Of a DNA stretch of 64,000 nucleotides, positions 35,392-46,417 are shown piece by piece (the stretch's first letter is position 1; every line of letters begins with the position of its first letter). Made by a program: the position numbers and the translations under genes. This DNA comes from a virus: positions 86,823 through 150,822 of IMG/VR virus record IMGVR_UViG_3300035704_000001; one strand, 5' to 3'. The notes beneath the pieces are model-generated. The model did not search any database. It was not told the origin of the DNA and was given only the letters and a program-made list of their open reading frames with translations.

Positions 35392-36075
35392 ATGCCGGAC
35401 GAAGAGAACGAGCTGGACCGGCTGGACCCCCAGTCCCAGGTCGTGAAGCTCACCACCGGGCTGCAGGTGGATATCGTCCGGATGCGGACGCGCCAGTTCT
35501 TCCGGCTGCTGCGGGTGCTGACGCACGGGGCCGGGCCCGCCATGATGCGGGCCGGCCTGGACTTCTCCGCCGGGGCCCAGCAGTTCACCGCCCAGCTGCT
35601 CACGCTGGTGGTCATGTCGATCCCCGACGCCGAGCAGGAGGCCATCTCCTTCCTGCAGTCGATGTGCAAGCCGCACGGCGCCACCGACAAGCCCGACTCC
35701 CAGCTCACCAAGGCCGAGCGCGAGGGCAACGAGGCGCTGTACGAGCGGTTCAACAAGGACCTGTTCAACCCCGAGCTGGACGACACCCTGGACCTGATCG
35801 AGGCCATCGTCACGATCGAGGCGCCGGAACTGCAGGCCCTGGGAAAAAAGATCCAGCGGATGATGGACCTGTTCCGCAAGACGGGCCAGGACAAGGGCGA
35901 GAAGGAGCCGGAGCCGGGACCGGAGGAGCTGGCCTCGCAGGGATCTTCGCCCAGGCCTTCGACCTCCTCAGCAGCGAGTACGGATGGTCCGACGAGTACA
36001 TCCTCGCCCTCCCCCTCTGCCGGCTCCGGCAGGTCTCCGAAGCAGTCCGCCAGCGTAAAGACCGAGACCGGGTAG
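35392..36075 (+). CDS. tail assembly chaperone (gpG equivalent)
   Basis: upstream of tape measure; contains slippery site. Confidence 0.8.
   Translation: MPDEENELDRLDPQSQVVKLTTGLQVDIVRMRTRQFFRLLRVLTHGAGPAMMRAGLDFSAGAQQFTAQLLTLVVMSIPDAEQEAISFLQSMCKPHGATDKPDSQLTKAEREGNEALYERFNKDLFNPELDDTLDLIEAIVTIEAPELQALGKKIQRMMDLFRKTGQDKGEKEPEPGPEELASQGSSPRPSTSSAASTDGPTSTSSPSPSAGSGRSPKQSASVKTETG
35841..35850 (+). other. programmed -1 frameshift site giving gpGT fusion ending at 36482
   Basis: G GGA AAA AAG; -1 frame (ORF 35664..36482) open to 36482 with FDLLSSEYGWSDEYILALP. Confidence 0.8.
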
Positions 36076-36645
36076 CCCGGCTCCGGCTCGCGGAATGGCA
36101 GGTCAAGACGGTGTGCTCGTTCATCGGGGCGCAGGCCCCGATCGACACCAAGCAGACCGGCGGGAAGAACCCGCTGGTCGAGCTGGCGCACGCCATCGAC
36201 ATCATGGGCGAGCAGTCCGACGCCGACCGGGAGCTGGAGGCGATGCGGGGCCCGCGGGTGGCGGACAGCATCGAGGACGATCCCCGGTTCGCCAAGGTGG
36301 CGGCCGATCCGGAGGCCGGCCAGGAGGCTGCCAACGGGCAGGGCTCGTACGAGGGCTTCATGGCCATGTTCGGCGGCGGCTCCCCGCTGCCGCCGGGGGC
36401 CGGGGGAGAGCCGGATTCCCGCCCGGACCTGCGCGAGGAGGCGCAGGAGGAGTATCCCGAGCTGCGGACGGGAGACACCTGATGCTGTACTGGCTCAGCT
36501 GGCGCTCTCCCCTGCTCCCGGTGCGGCTGTGGCACATCCTGCTCGACGGCACCTGGTGCCCGTGCGAGCGCAGCCGCCGGTACAGGGCCGCCCTGCGGCA
36601 GGCCCTGGAGGACCCGGCCGGGCTGGACTGGGGAGTTGACCCCTG

Positions 36646-39600
36646 ATGGCGTACGAGGGCCCCGAGTACTGGTACGTCATCTACAAGGCCGTCGCGGATT
36701 TCGGCGACCTGATGCGCGACGCCCGCCAGGCTAAGCAGGAACTGCAGGGCATGGCCGACCAGGCCAGGGCGTTCAACGCGGAGGAGACCGCGGCCGAGGC
36801 CAAGTCCTCCCAGATCCGGCAGCAGCAGACCCAGCAGCTGCAGCAGGAGGCCCAGGCGCTGCGGCTGCTGGGCGACTCGGCCAAGCAGACCAACCAGCAG
36901 CTGCTCTACGGCGGCCGCAACGACATGCAGCAGCACCTGTCCGACATGGACCGGCTGCTCCAGTACACCAACCTGCTCAACCGCGCGCAGTGGATGAACT
37001 TCTCCACCGTGCAGCAGGCGATGGCCTACCGCCAGCAGATGTACCAGCAGAAGCTGCTGGAGAACCGGGCCGAGTTCGGCGGCTACCTGACTGCTGACCA
37101 GTACCTGAGCTACATGGCCAAGCGGGTGCAGGCCGCCAACCTGGACACCGCGGCGGTCGAGGCCCGGGCCCGGGCGGTGCAGGACGAGACCGGTGCCTAC
37201 CTGGCCTACCAGAACGCCATCACCGGCTCGCGCCAGTCGATCGGCCAGCTGGGCGAGGGCGTCTCCGCGCTGGGCGCGCTGAACGACGCCATCAGCGCGC
37301 TGCCGGACTCGGTGGACGTCACGCTGAACCTGGACGACACCCGGTTCCTGTCCGAGCTGGCGGCCGACCGCCAGCTGCTGGCTGCCGTGCCGCGCGGCAC
37401 TACCTGGTCCGCGCAGGCACTGCCGGACCGCCCGTCGGTGCAGCTGGCCCGCGGCTCCGGGTTCCAGCGCGTCTCCACCCCGCAGGACGAGGCCGACCAG
37501 GCTGCGGCGCTGCGCGAGGAGATGAACAAGCTGGCGGCGGCCGCGGTGCGGGACTCCGAGGCCGTAGACCGGATGATCAGCCGGGCCAGCGAGGACATGA
37601 CCGGCGGGAACCGGTACCTGGCCCCGGAGACCTACCGGCCGGGCGGAGCGCTGGCCCGCAGCCCCGGCAGGCAGCTGGAGACCGCGGCCAGCTTCAACTC
37701 CACCGCCGCCCGGCTCGGGCTGGAGCAGTGGATGCAGCAGCTGCTCGCCGCGGTCCGCCAGCAGTACGAGTTCCGGGCCGGCCTGGACGACACCGAGGCC
37801 CTGATCGAGCTGGACAACCTGATGGCCCGGTTCCGGCAGGGCGAGAACGAGGGGCTGCGGCTGGCTGCCGGGATGGGCGGGGCGGCCGGAGGAGGAGGCG
37901 GAGGCGGGCCGCCCGGCGGGGGCGGTGCCCCGCCTGCCCCGCCGCCCGGGCCCGGCGGGGACGGGGAGGACTGGCGGGCCGAGGAAGAGGCCGCCCGGGC
38001 CCTGGAGGACGAGCTTCGCCGGCTTACCGACGCGAGCGGCGGGCTGAGCGACGCCGAACGCGAGATCGGCCTCTCGACGGCCGAGGCCATCCGCCAGCTG
38101 ACCGCCATGTCCCGCGCGGCCGCCGCGTCCGGGGACGCCGCCGGAGCCTCCCGGCTGGCCTGGGCGGCCAGCACGCTGCAGGCAGCCCAGCTCCGCGCGA
38201 TGGGCACCGCCGCGGAGGGCGACGTCGAGTTCTTCGCCCGGCTCGCGGCCGCGTCCGAGGACGCCGGCGACGCCGCCCGGTTCGCCTACGCCGCGCAGGA
38301 GCTGGTGGCCCAGTCGCTGGGCAACATCCGCGATCCCGCGGCCGCGGCCGCCAGGGCGCTCGACGACGCCGGCAGGTCCACGCTGAACCTCGGCCGCTGG
38401 ATGCGCATCCTCACCCACGACGTGACGCTGTGGTCCGGGGTGTTCGGCGACAACCACCTGACCGGCCAGGTGCAGCTGTGGCACATCGCGCTGGACGGGC
38501 TCATCGAGCTGTTCGCGGTCTGGGTCCCGGCGCTGGCCACCGCGGCCGCCGGGCTGCTGGCCTGGGGGGCGGCCGGCTACAAGGCGGCGCGCGAGGTCGC
38601 GCTCCAGATGTTCAACGTGCACGAGGTCAGCACCGCGCTCAACCAGGCCGTGCCGCCGCTGACCCAGAATTTCGAGAAGCTGCAGAACTCGGTTCGCCCG
38701 CAGGTCTACGAGCTGCTGGGCGACGTCCTCAACGGGCTGTCCGGCAACACCGGGACCTTCAACACCCTGATCCAGCAGACCGGCCACTACCTGGATGAGC
38801 TGGCCGCCCGGATCATCGTCCGGATGCAGTCCGGCGGCCAGGCCCTGCAGAACTTCTTCAAGGTCGGGGAGTCCGACCTGGCCGGGCTGGGCAAGGCGTT
38901 CGACTCCCTCGGCACCATCTTGCTCAAGCTGCTGCAGGCTACCGCGATTACCCATATCGCCGAAGACCTGCTGGCCGTCGGCGACGCCATCCTGTCGGTG
39001 GTCGCGGACATCTTCAAGATCACCCCCACCCCGGTGCTGGTGTTCCTGCTGGCCGCCCACGGCATCATCTTGTGGGGCGGGCTCGCGGCCACCGCGGTGG
39101 GCAAGGTGGTCATCGCGGTCACCCAGCTCACCGGCAAGATGGAGGCGCTGAACGACACCTCCGCCACGGTGGCGCGGTTCCTCGGGGCCACCGACGAGCA
39201 GCTGGGCAGGATCGCCTCGCACTCGGCCGGGGTCAAGGCCCTCGCCGACATCCTCGGCAATAAGACCACGGCGGACGAGGTGGGCCGGCTCGGCGCCACC
39301 ATCGAGGGCACCGGCGTCTCCATCGCCGACTTCGTGCGCGACGCCGGCCCGTCCTCGGCTGCCCGGCTGGAGGAGTTCGCCGCCGGGCTCGGGGCCTCCG
39401 GGGAGAAGGCCGTCGCGCTGGGCATCGCGGCCGGCGCCACCGACGGGGAGCTGGCCTCGCTGGCCGCCCGGCTCGGCGGGGCCGCTGAGGCGGAAGGCGG
39501 GGCGGCGGCCGAGGGCGGCGGCCTGCTGGGCATGCTGGGCAAGCTGTCCCCGGCGCTCGGCAACGTCTACGTGGACATCGGCCTGGTGGCGGCCGCGCTC

Positions 39601-42600
39601 ATCGGGCTGGGCGTGTGGCTGGGGCTGCGCACCAACCAGACCCAGGCCTGGATCGAGTCGGTGGACAAGGCCGTCTCGGCTGCCCCGCTGCTGCAGTCGG
39701 TCGGGGTCACCGTCGGCAACCTGGCCGCTGTCACCACCGAGCTGAACCGGGCCCAGGCCTCCGGCGTCGGCGACGCGACCGAGCTGGGCAACGCCCAGAA
39801 GGACCTGACCGACAAGCTGTCCACCGAGCTGGACCACACCGGCCAGGTGGCGCACGCCTACGGCGTGTCCATGCCGGCCGCGCTGGCCCTGATGAACACG
39901 GCCGGGGTCACCACCAACCAGCTGTTCAGCACCCAGTCCAAGGTCTGGGACGTGGCCCTGCAGCAGGTCAAGGGGCTGGTCACCGGATACCAGGCGATGG
40001 GACAGCAGCTCGGCCTGGTCGGCGGCGACCTCAACGCGCTGACGGTCAGCGAGTCCAGCCAGCTGGCCAACATGACCAAGCTGAACGACGCCTGGGATAC
40101 CTGGACGAAGATCATCGGCGGGACTCCCACCGACTTCATCAAGTTCGCGCAGGGGCTCGCCACCATGACGGGCGACGCCGGGGCTGCGGGCGCGTCGATG
40201 ACCGGGCTGTCCAAGAACGCCCTGAGCCTGCAGTACGACTTCCAGGGGACCTACACCGACGTCGAGAACCTGTTCGATGCCTTCCGCAGCGACCAGGCCA
40301 TCTCCGGGCAGGGCAACTTCGTCCAGTTCGTCAAGGCCGCGGTGGCCAACCTCATCCCGTTCGCCGGCGGGAGCAAGGAGGCCGCGGCCCAGATCAGCGC
40401 GCTGGCCCAGGAGGCCGGCGGCCCCGCCACCACGAACATCGCCACCCTGCAGCGGTGGGTCGGCAACATCAGCAACCCGCTCAAGACAATGCAGACCGAG
40501 GCCAACAACGCGGCCATCGGGGCATCCAACCTGAGCCAGGACGCGGCCCGGCTGGCGACCACGCTGCAGCAGCAGCTGGAGCCGGCCATGTCCAAGGCCA
40601 CCTTCGGCGCGCTCGGCGGGCAGCAGGTGTTCAGTGCCTTCGCCGACGACCTGCTGAAGTTCGGGCCCAACAGCCAGCAGACCATCAGCTCCGGGGCCAA
40701 GGTCGCGGAGATGCTGCTGTCCGTCGATAAGAACTCGGCCAGCGCCAAGTCCCAGTTCACGGCGTGGGCCGAGTCGATGGGGATGAGCAAGGACCAGGCG
40801 AACAAGCTGTGGTCCGAGGTCTCCAAGGGCGAGAAGCCGCTGGCCGGGATGCGCGACCAGCTGGCCCAGACCGGCACTAAGCTCGCGGACCTGGCCAAGC
40901 CGGGACTGTGGGGCCAGTTCGAGCACGCCATGATGGCGGCGTTCGACAAGCTCAAGAGCCACCCCATCACCGCGGCCCTGTTCGGGGCGCTCAACTTCAT
41001 CCCCGGGTTCACCGCCGCCATGGACGCGGTAGGCCGCTTCGTCACCGGCTTCTTCGGGCACACCCTGCCTGACCTGGTGACCCGGACCCTGCCGAACCTG
41101 TCCAAGTCGGTGGCTGCCTGGTTCGCCGGCCCGTTCACCTCTGCCGTGCAGGGAGCCTGGGCGCACGTCTGGTCCGGCATGGTCTCGCCGGTCGTGCACG
41201 TGTTCGACGACGTGAAGCACGCCATCACCACCGGGTTCGACGGCTGGTGGAAGACGCACGGCTCGGCGCTGGAGGCCATCTGGGGCTCCACGGTCAAGGA
41301 CCTGGGCTTCATCTGGGACAGCGGGTCCAAGTACCTGACCGGCTCGGCGACGCGGTTCGGCTCGCTGATGGCCGGCATCTGGCGCAATGCCAGCTCCAAC
41401 GTGACCGCCATCGCCAAGGACATGTGGCGCGACATCGAGCTGACCGCGCAGGGATTCTGGGGACTGTTCGGCCCGGTCATCAAGTCCGGCTGGGCCGTGA
41501 TCGAGGGCGTTTTCAAGGCCGCCGTCTCGATCATCGAGACCGCGATGAAGATCGGCTGGGACGCCATGGTCTCGGCCGCCAAGATCGCCTGGGCGCTGAT
41601 CGAGGCCGTGATCAAGATCGCCTGGGATGCCATCGTCGCCATCGTCTCCGTGGCGCTCGACCTGCTGACCGGCCACTGGCACACGGCGTGGACGGACATC
41701 TCCAATTTCGGGAAGCAGGTTCTCAACAACCTCAAGTCGTTCTTTGCCACGAGCTGGGGCTCGATAAAGACCGACACGCTGCAGGCCTGGAACGCCATCA
41801 AGTCCGGGGTCACCGGCATCTGGTCCGACATCGAGGGCGCCGCCCGCCAGATCTGGTCCAACCTCAGGCAGGGCTTCTCCAACGTGGTCGGCTCGATTAA
41901 GCAAACCTGGTCCACCCTGGAGGGGATCTTCCGCGGGCCGGTCGGCTACCTGGTCAACACCGTCTACGACAACGGCATCGCCCGGCTGTGGAACGACGTC
42001 ATGGGGGCCATCGGCGGGCCGAAGCTGCCGACCCTGAAGTTCCAGTCCGGCGGCCGGCTGGCCGAGGACGGCGGCCACCTGAACGGCTACGGCGGCGGCG
42101 ACATCGTGCCCGCCCTGCTGGAGCCGGGCGAGGCCGTGGTGGACAAGGACCGGACCCGCAAATACGCGCACGTGCTCAAGGCGATGGGCGTGCCGGGCTT
42201 CGGCGGCGGCGGGGTGGTCGGCGACATCACGAACTTCCTGACCGGGGCCGCGCACGACGTCGGGCACATCCTCGGGCAGACGGTGGACCTGGGCAAGATC
42301 GGCATGGCGCTGATCTCCGGCAACACCACCGCCCTGAAGAACGCGCTGGAGAAGCTGGTCGGCCCGGGCTCGGCGACCGGCGAGCTGGCCGACATGATCA
42401 CCGGCATCCCCAAGACGATGATCACCGAGCTGATGACCAAGGCCAAGTCCCTGGGCACCGAGGCGCTGGGCGCGGTCGGCATCGGCTCCGCGGGCGGCTC
42501 GGCCACGGCCGGGGTCGAGACCGTGGCCCGGTACATCATGGCGCACGGCGGCACCAAGGAGGCCGGGGCCGGGGTCGGCGGCACGGTGGCCGGGGAATCC

Positions 42601-44451
42601 GGCGGCAACCCCGAGATCCTGGAAGGCGGCGGGGGCGGGGGCGCCGGCCTGATCCAGTGGACCCCGGAGTCCTCGGCCTTCCCGATCCAGCCCATCATCA
42701 CCGGCAACGTCGGCCGGGACATGGCGGTGCAGCTGGTCGACATGCTCGCCTACATCAACAGCCGGGGCGGCATCGGCGCCATCAACGCCGGCGGCGCCGC
42801 GGGCGGGCCGATGGGCGCGGCCGAGGTCTACTCGCGGATGGAGGCGCCGCTGGTCCCGGGCTCCGACATCCGCTCCGACGTGGTGAGCCAGCTGTACCGG
42901 CAGGGACTGCAGTCCGGCGGCATCGTCAAGATGGCCGCCGGCGGGGTCACCCCCAGCCAGTACTCCGCCGACCTCACCGCGCTGTCCAAGGCCGAGGACC
43001 TGGAGAAGTCCGCGTTCTGGGCCTACCACAACGCCAAGCTGCCCGCCTCCTACACCCCGGGCCAGAAAGCCGGCGACCGCGCGCTGCAGGCCATCCTCGC
43101 GGCGCAGCAGAACACCCTGGCCACCGGGCTGGACCGGGTACTGGGGTCCAGGTCCAATCCCGGCTCCGTCACTGCCGGCACCTGGCAGGACTACATCAGG
43201 GCCGCGGAGAACATGCGCACCTGGGAGCGGACCGGCACGCCGCCGCGGTCCGCGTGGGGCCCCGAGGCAAATTCCTACTTCGCGAACATGGAACCGGGCG
43301 GGTGGCCCAAGGGCACCAAGGCCGGGCAGGTGCAGCCGTCCGGCTGGGCCCGGTGGAAGTCGCACGAGCCGCTGTGGGCCATCGCCGGCGACAAGATGGC
43401 GGCCCTGTCCGCGCAGGCACAGAAGGCTTACCTCGCCTGGTCCTCGGCCGCCAAGCAGCCGACCGGAACGGATACCGGGCAGTCCTGGGCGTACTGGGCC
43501 GGCCAGCTCACGCCGGCTAAGAACGCGCAGGCCAACTCGCTGTGGGGCTATGTCGGGGCCAAGCGGCCGAAGCTGACGACGAGCCAGTGGGAGGGCGACT
43601 ACTCCGACCGGCTGCTGCTGGCCTGGCAGCAGAACAACCTGGCCGGCGCCTTCGACAAGGTGACGGCCGGGGTCAGCGACCCGATGAACATGACGTCTGC
43701 GGAGTGGACGGCACTGGAGCAGGCGGCCGCCACCCAGCAGAACTGGATCTACGGCGGCATCCCGCCCCGCGGCGACTGGTCGCACGAGACCTCCGGCGGG
43801 CCGGGGCTGCGGGCCTCCTGGCCCAAGGGCTTCAAGCCGGGCACTTACAAGCCGTCCGGCTGGGCCGGCTGGAAGTACGCGCACTCGCCGTGGGCCACCG
43901 CCAACTCCAAGGCCTCCGGGCTGCGCAGCACCGTCGGCTCGGCCTTCAAGGCGTGGTCGGCGCTGTACGGCGCGGGCGGCCCGCTGTCCTCCGGGGTCAT
44001 CTTCGGCGGCGGCTCGCCGGGCATCCTGGTGCACCCGGCCGGAGACTCCTCCGTGCCGTCCACCGGCATCAACCTGCAGCCGCTGGTCCAGGGCGGGCCG
44101 GACGCCCCGGTCAGCACCAGCGGCCCGTCGCTGTCCTCCACCGGGATGGGCTTCGCCGGCGGCGGGCTCGTTCCCGGGGCAGGGGGCGGGCTGGGCCAGA
44201 TGGCGTCGATGTTCGGGCTGGGCGGGGTGGTCGGCGGGGAGCTGGCCGGGTTCGGCCTGCCGCCGCAGCTGCAGCAGCAGCTGGCCATGACGACCACCGC
44301 GCAGGGCGCCCCGCGCACCGTGAGCGCGGCCGCCGGGGACCACATCGGGGTCAGCGTCGGCAGCATGACGATCAACAACCCGCTGGCGGAGAAGCCGTCG
44401 GAGTCCATCACCCGGTCGAGTAACCGGCTGGCCCTGCTGGCAGGGAGGTAA
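36646..44451 (+). CDS. tape measure protein with C-terminal phage-tail-lysozyme-like domain
   Basis: 2601 aa, Ala/Gly-rich helical, periodic Trp/Phe repeats, GGDIVPALLEPGEAVV, AGESGGNP...GLIQWT. Confidence 0.92.
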   Translation: MAYEGPEYWYVIYKAVADFGDLMRDARQAKQELQGMADQARAFNAEETAAEAKSSQIRQQQTQQLQQEAQALRLLGDSAKQTNQQLLYGGRNDMQQHLSDMDRLLQYTNLLNRAQWMNFSTVQQAMAYRQQMYQQKLLENRAEFGGYLTADQYLSYMAKRVQAANLDTAAVEARARAVQDETGAYLAYQNAITGSRQSIGQLGEGVSALGALNDAISALPDSVDVTLNLDDTRFLSELAADRQLLAAVPRGTTWSAQALPDRPSVQLARGSGFQRVSTPQDEADQAAALREEMNKLAAAAVRDSEAVDRMISRASEDMTGGNRYLAPETYRPGGALARSPGRQLETAASFNSTAARLGLEQWMQQLLAAVRQQYEFRAGLDDTEALIELDNLMARFRQGENEGLRLAAGMGGAAGGGGGGGPPGGGGAPPAPPPGPGGDGEDWRAEEEAARALEDELRRLTDASGGLSDAEREIGLSTAEAIRQLTAMSRAAAASGDAAGASRLAWAASTLQAAQLRAMGTAAEGDVEFFARLAAASEDAGDAARFAYAAQELVAQSLGNIRDPAAAAARALDDAGRSTLNLGRWMRILTHDVTLWSGVFGDNHLTGQVQLWHIALDGLIELFAVWVPALATAAAGLLAWGAAGYKAAREVALQMFNVHEVSTALNQAVPPLTQNFEKLQNSVRPQVYELLGDVLNGLSGNTGTFNTLIQQTGHYLDELAARIIVRMQSGGQALQNFFKVGESDLAGLGKAFDSLGTILLKLLQATAITHIAEDLLAVGDAILSVVADIFKITPTPVLVFLLAAHGIILWGGLAATAVGKVVIAVTQLTGKMEALNDTSATVARFLGATDEQLGRIASHSAGVKALADILGNKTTADEVGRLGATIEGTGVSIADFVRDAGPSSAARLEEFAAGLGASGEKAVALGIAAGATDGELASLAARLGGAAEAEGGAAAEGGGLLGMLGKLSPALGNVYVDIGLVAAALIGLGVWLGLRTNQTQAWIESVDKAVSAAPLLQSVGVTVGNLAAVTTELNRAQASGVGDATELGNAQKDLTDKLSTELDHTGQVAHAYGVSMPAALALMNTAGVTTNQLFSTQSKVWDVALQQVKGLVTGYQAMGQQLGLVGGDLNALTVSESSQLANMTKLNDAWDTWTKIIGGTPTDFIKFAQGLATMTGDAGAAGASMTGLSKNALSLQYDFQGTYTDVENLFDAFRSDQAISGQGNFVQFVKAAVANLIPFAGGSKEAAAQISALAQEAGGPATTNIATLQRWVGNISNPLKTMQTEANNAAIGASNLSQDAARLATTLQQQLEPAMSKATFGALGGQQVFSAFADDLLKFGPNSQQTISSGAKVAEMLLSVDKNSASAKSQFTAWAESMGMSKDQANKLWSEVSKGEKPLAGMRDQLAQTGTKLADLAKPGLWGQFEHAMMAAFDKLKSHPITAALFGALNFIPGFTAAMDAVGRFVTGFFGHTLPDLVTRTLPNLSKSVAAWFAGPFTSAVQGAWAHVWSGMVSPVVHVFDDVKHAITTGFDGWWKTHGSALEAIWGSTVKDLGFIWDSGSKYLTGSATRFGSLMAGIWRNASSNVTAIAKDMWRDIELTAQGFWGLFGPVIKSGWAVIEGVFKAAVSIIETAMKIGWDAMVSAAKIAWALIEAVIKIAWDAIVAIVSVALDLLTGHWHTAWTDISNFGKQVLNNLKSFFATSWGSIKTDTLQAWNAIKSGVTGIWSDIEGAARQIWSNLRQGFSNVVGSIKQTWSTLEGIFRGPVGYLVNTVYDNGIARLWNDVMGAIGGPKLPTLKFQSGGRLAEDGGHLNGYGGGDIVPALLEPGEAVVDKDRTRKYAHVLKAMGVPGFGGGGVVGDITNFLTGAAHDVGHILGQTVDLGKIGMALISGNTTALKNALEKLVGPGSATGELADMITGIPKTMITELMTKAKSLGTEALGAVGIGSAGGSATAGVETVARYIMAHGGTKEAGAGVGGTVAGESGGNPEILEGGGGGGAGLIQWTPESSAFPIQPIITGNVGRDMAVQLVDMLAYINSRGGIGAINAGGAAGGPMGAAEVYSRMEAPLVPGSDIRSDVVSQLYRQGLQSGGIVKMAAGGVTPSQYSADLTALSKAEDLEKSAFWAYHNAKLPASYTPGQKAGDRALQAILAAQQNTLATGLDRVLGSRSNPGSVTAGTWQDYIRAAENMRTWERTGTPPRSAWGPEANSYFANMEPGGWPKGTKAGQVQPSGWARWKSHEPLWAIAGDKMAALSAQAQKAYLAWSSAAKQPTGTDTGQSWAYWAGQLTPAKNAQANSLWGYVGAKRPKLTTSQWEGDYSDRLLLAWQQNNLAGAFDKVTAGVSDPMNMTSAEWTALEQAAATQQNWIYGGIPPRGDWSHETSGGPGLRASWPKGFKPGTYKPSGWAGWKYAHSPWATANSKASGLRSTVGSAFKAWSALYGAGGPLSSGVIFGGGSPGILVHPAGDSSVPSTGINLQPLVQGGPDAPVSTSGPSLSSTGMGFAGGGLVPGAGGGLGQMASMFGLGGVVGGELAGFGLPPQLQQQLAMTTTAQGAPRTVSAAAGDHIGVSVGSMTINNPLAEKPSESITRSSNRLALLAGR

Positions 44452-44454
44452 CCG

Positions 44455-45312
44455 ATGCCCATCGCCCCGCCAGTCGCGGCGTACCTGCCCGCGGAGACGT
44501 GGTTCTGGAACGGGCTGGCGCTGAGCCAGCCGTACTGGAACATCTCCACCTTCGGCGGCTCGCGCTCGGGCATCCCCACGCTGCGCGGCCAGAACATCGA
44601 GGTGCCCTACCGGGCCGGCCAGGCGCAGCGGGCCAAGTTCCCCGACTCCCGCACCGTCAGCCTGACCATGTGGCTGAACGGGGCGGGCTCGGCGAGCAAC
44701 CCGTGGCCCGCGGCTGACGACCACCTGGCCTTCAACGACAACTGGCAGCAGCTCCGGCGCTCGTTCTTCACCCGGTCCGCCCAGGGCTCGGTGCAGGGCC
44801 AGCTGCAGCGCAACTGGTGGCTGACCCAGGGCGGGCCGGGCCTGGTCGCCTCCACCGCCATGGCCGAGATCGCCGGCTCGATGGACCTGAGCATGAACGG
44901 CCGGACCGGCGCCGCGTTCACGGTGGACCTGCTGCTGGCTGACCCGTACTTCTACGGCGCCCAGCGGACCCAGGCCGTCACGACCTCCGGCGGCACCATC
45001 ACGGCCAACGGCGAGGGCGTGGTGGGCGAGGGGTACCCCAGCCCGGTTGCGGGCTTCACCGTACGACTCAGCGCCGCCGGCACGGTCACCAACACTACCG
45101 CCGGGGTCAGTTTCTCGATCGCCTCCGGGCCCGCGTTCCCGGTCACGGTGGACCTGCTGAACGGGACGGTCACCGATAACGCCGGGGTGAACCAGGTCTC
45201 CAGGATCAGCCACTCCGGCTCGCGGCTGTGGATGTGCCTGCTCAACGGAGCCAACACGATCGCCGTGTCCGCGGGGACCGCCACCTTCACCTGGAATGAC
45301 GCGTACATCTGA
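44455..45312 (+). CDS. distal tail protein
   Basis: follows tape measure; FTVDLLLADPYFYG motif. Confidence 0.75.
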   Translation: MPIAPPVAAYLPAETWFWNGLALSQPYWNISTFGGSRSGIPTLRGQNIEVPYRAGQAQRAKFPDSRTVSLTMWLNGAGSASNPWPAADDHLAFNDNWQQLRRSFFTRSAQGSVQGQLQRNWWLTQGGPGLVASTAMAEIAGSMDLSMNGRTGAAFTVDLLLADPYFYGAQRTQAVTTSGGTITANGEGVVGEGYPSPVAGFTVRLSAAGTVTNTTAGVSFSIASGPAFPVTVDLLNGTVTDNAGVNQVSRISHSGSRLWMCLLNGANTIAVSAGTATFTWNDAYI

Positions 45313-46238
45313 TGGCCAACTGGCGCTATTACTCGAACGTCGCCATCGCCGACACGCTCCAGGTGACCGGCGGCGGCAACCTGTCCACCTCGGCCACCTC
45401 GGTCTACGCCGGGTCCGGGGCCCCGTCCGGCTACCCCGTCCAGTACCCGTGGCTGCTGCGGCTGGAGCCGGGTTCCAGCAACGAGGAGCTGGTCTCGGTC
45501 GGCTCCGGCGCGGGCACCTCGGGCAGCCCGTGGATCATCACCCGGGCCCAGGACGGCACCACCGCCCGGACGCACGCCGCCGGGACCGCCATCTCGCACG
45601 GGCTGAGCGCCGGGGACCTGACCGCGGCGGCTAACCACTACGCCTCCGGCGCGGGCAGCGGGGTGCACGGGCTGCCGTCCTCGGCCTGGCTGGCCGGCGC
45701 GTTCGCCACCATCGCCGAGACCAGCCCGGCCAACGGCGCGACGTCCGTCTCCGGCGGGAGCTGGAGCGCCATCCCGCAGACCTTCAAGCACCTGCTCATC
45801 GTCGGGCAGGGCCGGCTGGCCGAGACCGGCGTGCAGTCCGACGACATGAGCATCCAGCTCAACGGGGACAGCGGCACCCACTACAGCTACCTGACCGCCT
45901 TCGCGGCCAACCCGGGCGGCACCATGACCGGGCCGACCACGGGCAACGGGTTCTCGGTGGCCTCGGCCCCGCTGTTCCGGCTGCTGGCCAGCCAGTCCGG
46001 CGCGGCCGCCAACGTGGGCGGCGGCTTCGCCATCATCCCGAACTACACCGCGGCCGCCATCAACAAGACGATGTACTCGGTCTCCGGCGGCGGCAACGGC
46101 ACCAGCTCCTTCGCGGACCTGCGCATCCGGGTGGGCATCTGGAACCCCGCTACGCAGGCTGCCATCACCTCGGTCTCACTGCTGTTCCCGACTGGCGGGG
46201 TGAACAACGGCCAGTTCAGCCTCTACGGATTCGGGTGA
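45312..46238 (+). CDS. minor tail protein
   Basis: TRAQDGTTARTHAAG, IPQTFKHLLIV, AAITSVSL, FSLYG. Confidence 0.7.
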   Translation: MANWRYYSNVAIADTLQVTGGGNLSTSATSVYAGSGAPSGYPVQYPWLLRLEPGSSNEELVSVGSGAGTSGSPWIITRAQDGTTARTHAAGTAISHGLSAGDLTAAANHYASGAGSGVHGLPSSAWLAGAFATIAETSPANGATSVSGGSWSAIPQTFKHLLIVGQGRLAETGVQSDDMSIQLNGDSGTHYSYLTAFAANPGGTMTGPTTGNGFSVASAPLFRLLASQSGAAANVGGGFAIIPNYTAAAINKTMYSVSGGGNGTSSFADLRIRVGIWNPATQAAITSVSLLFPTGGVNNGQFSLYGFG

Positions 46239-46417
46239 TCCAGGTGGCCCGTGACATCAGCGGCCGGGAGCCGGTCAGCAGGGACGAGGCCATCGCCCGG
46301 CTGCGCAGCCGGGCGGCGGAGTGGAGCACGACCGACTGCGAGGAGATCTGCTCGCACGAGATCGGGGACACGATCCATGAGTTCCTGGTCGTGCTGGGCC
46401 TGGAGGCGCAGGACTGA
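46235..46417 (+). CDS. small hypothetical protein
   Basis: coupled to both neighbours (GTGA, TGATG). Confidence 0.4.
   Translation: MIQVARDISGREPVSRDEAIARLRSRAAEWSTTDCEEICSHEIGDTIHEFLVVLGLEAQD

Noticed and set aside
36358-45213. 2951-aa minus-strand ORF (also 20731..24693, 16813..19161, 1146..3098 and similar)
   Set aside because: Antisense shadows of real plus-strand genes; strong GC3 bias removes stops on the opposite strand and the translations have no motifs
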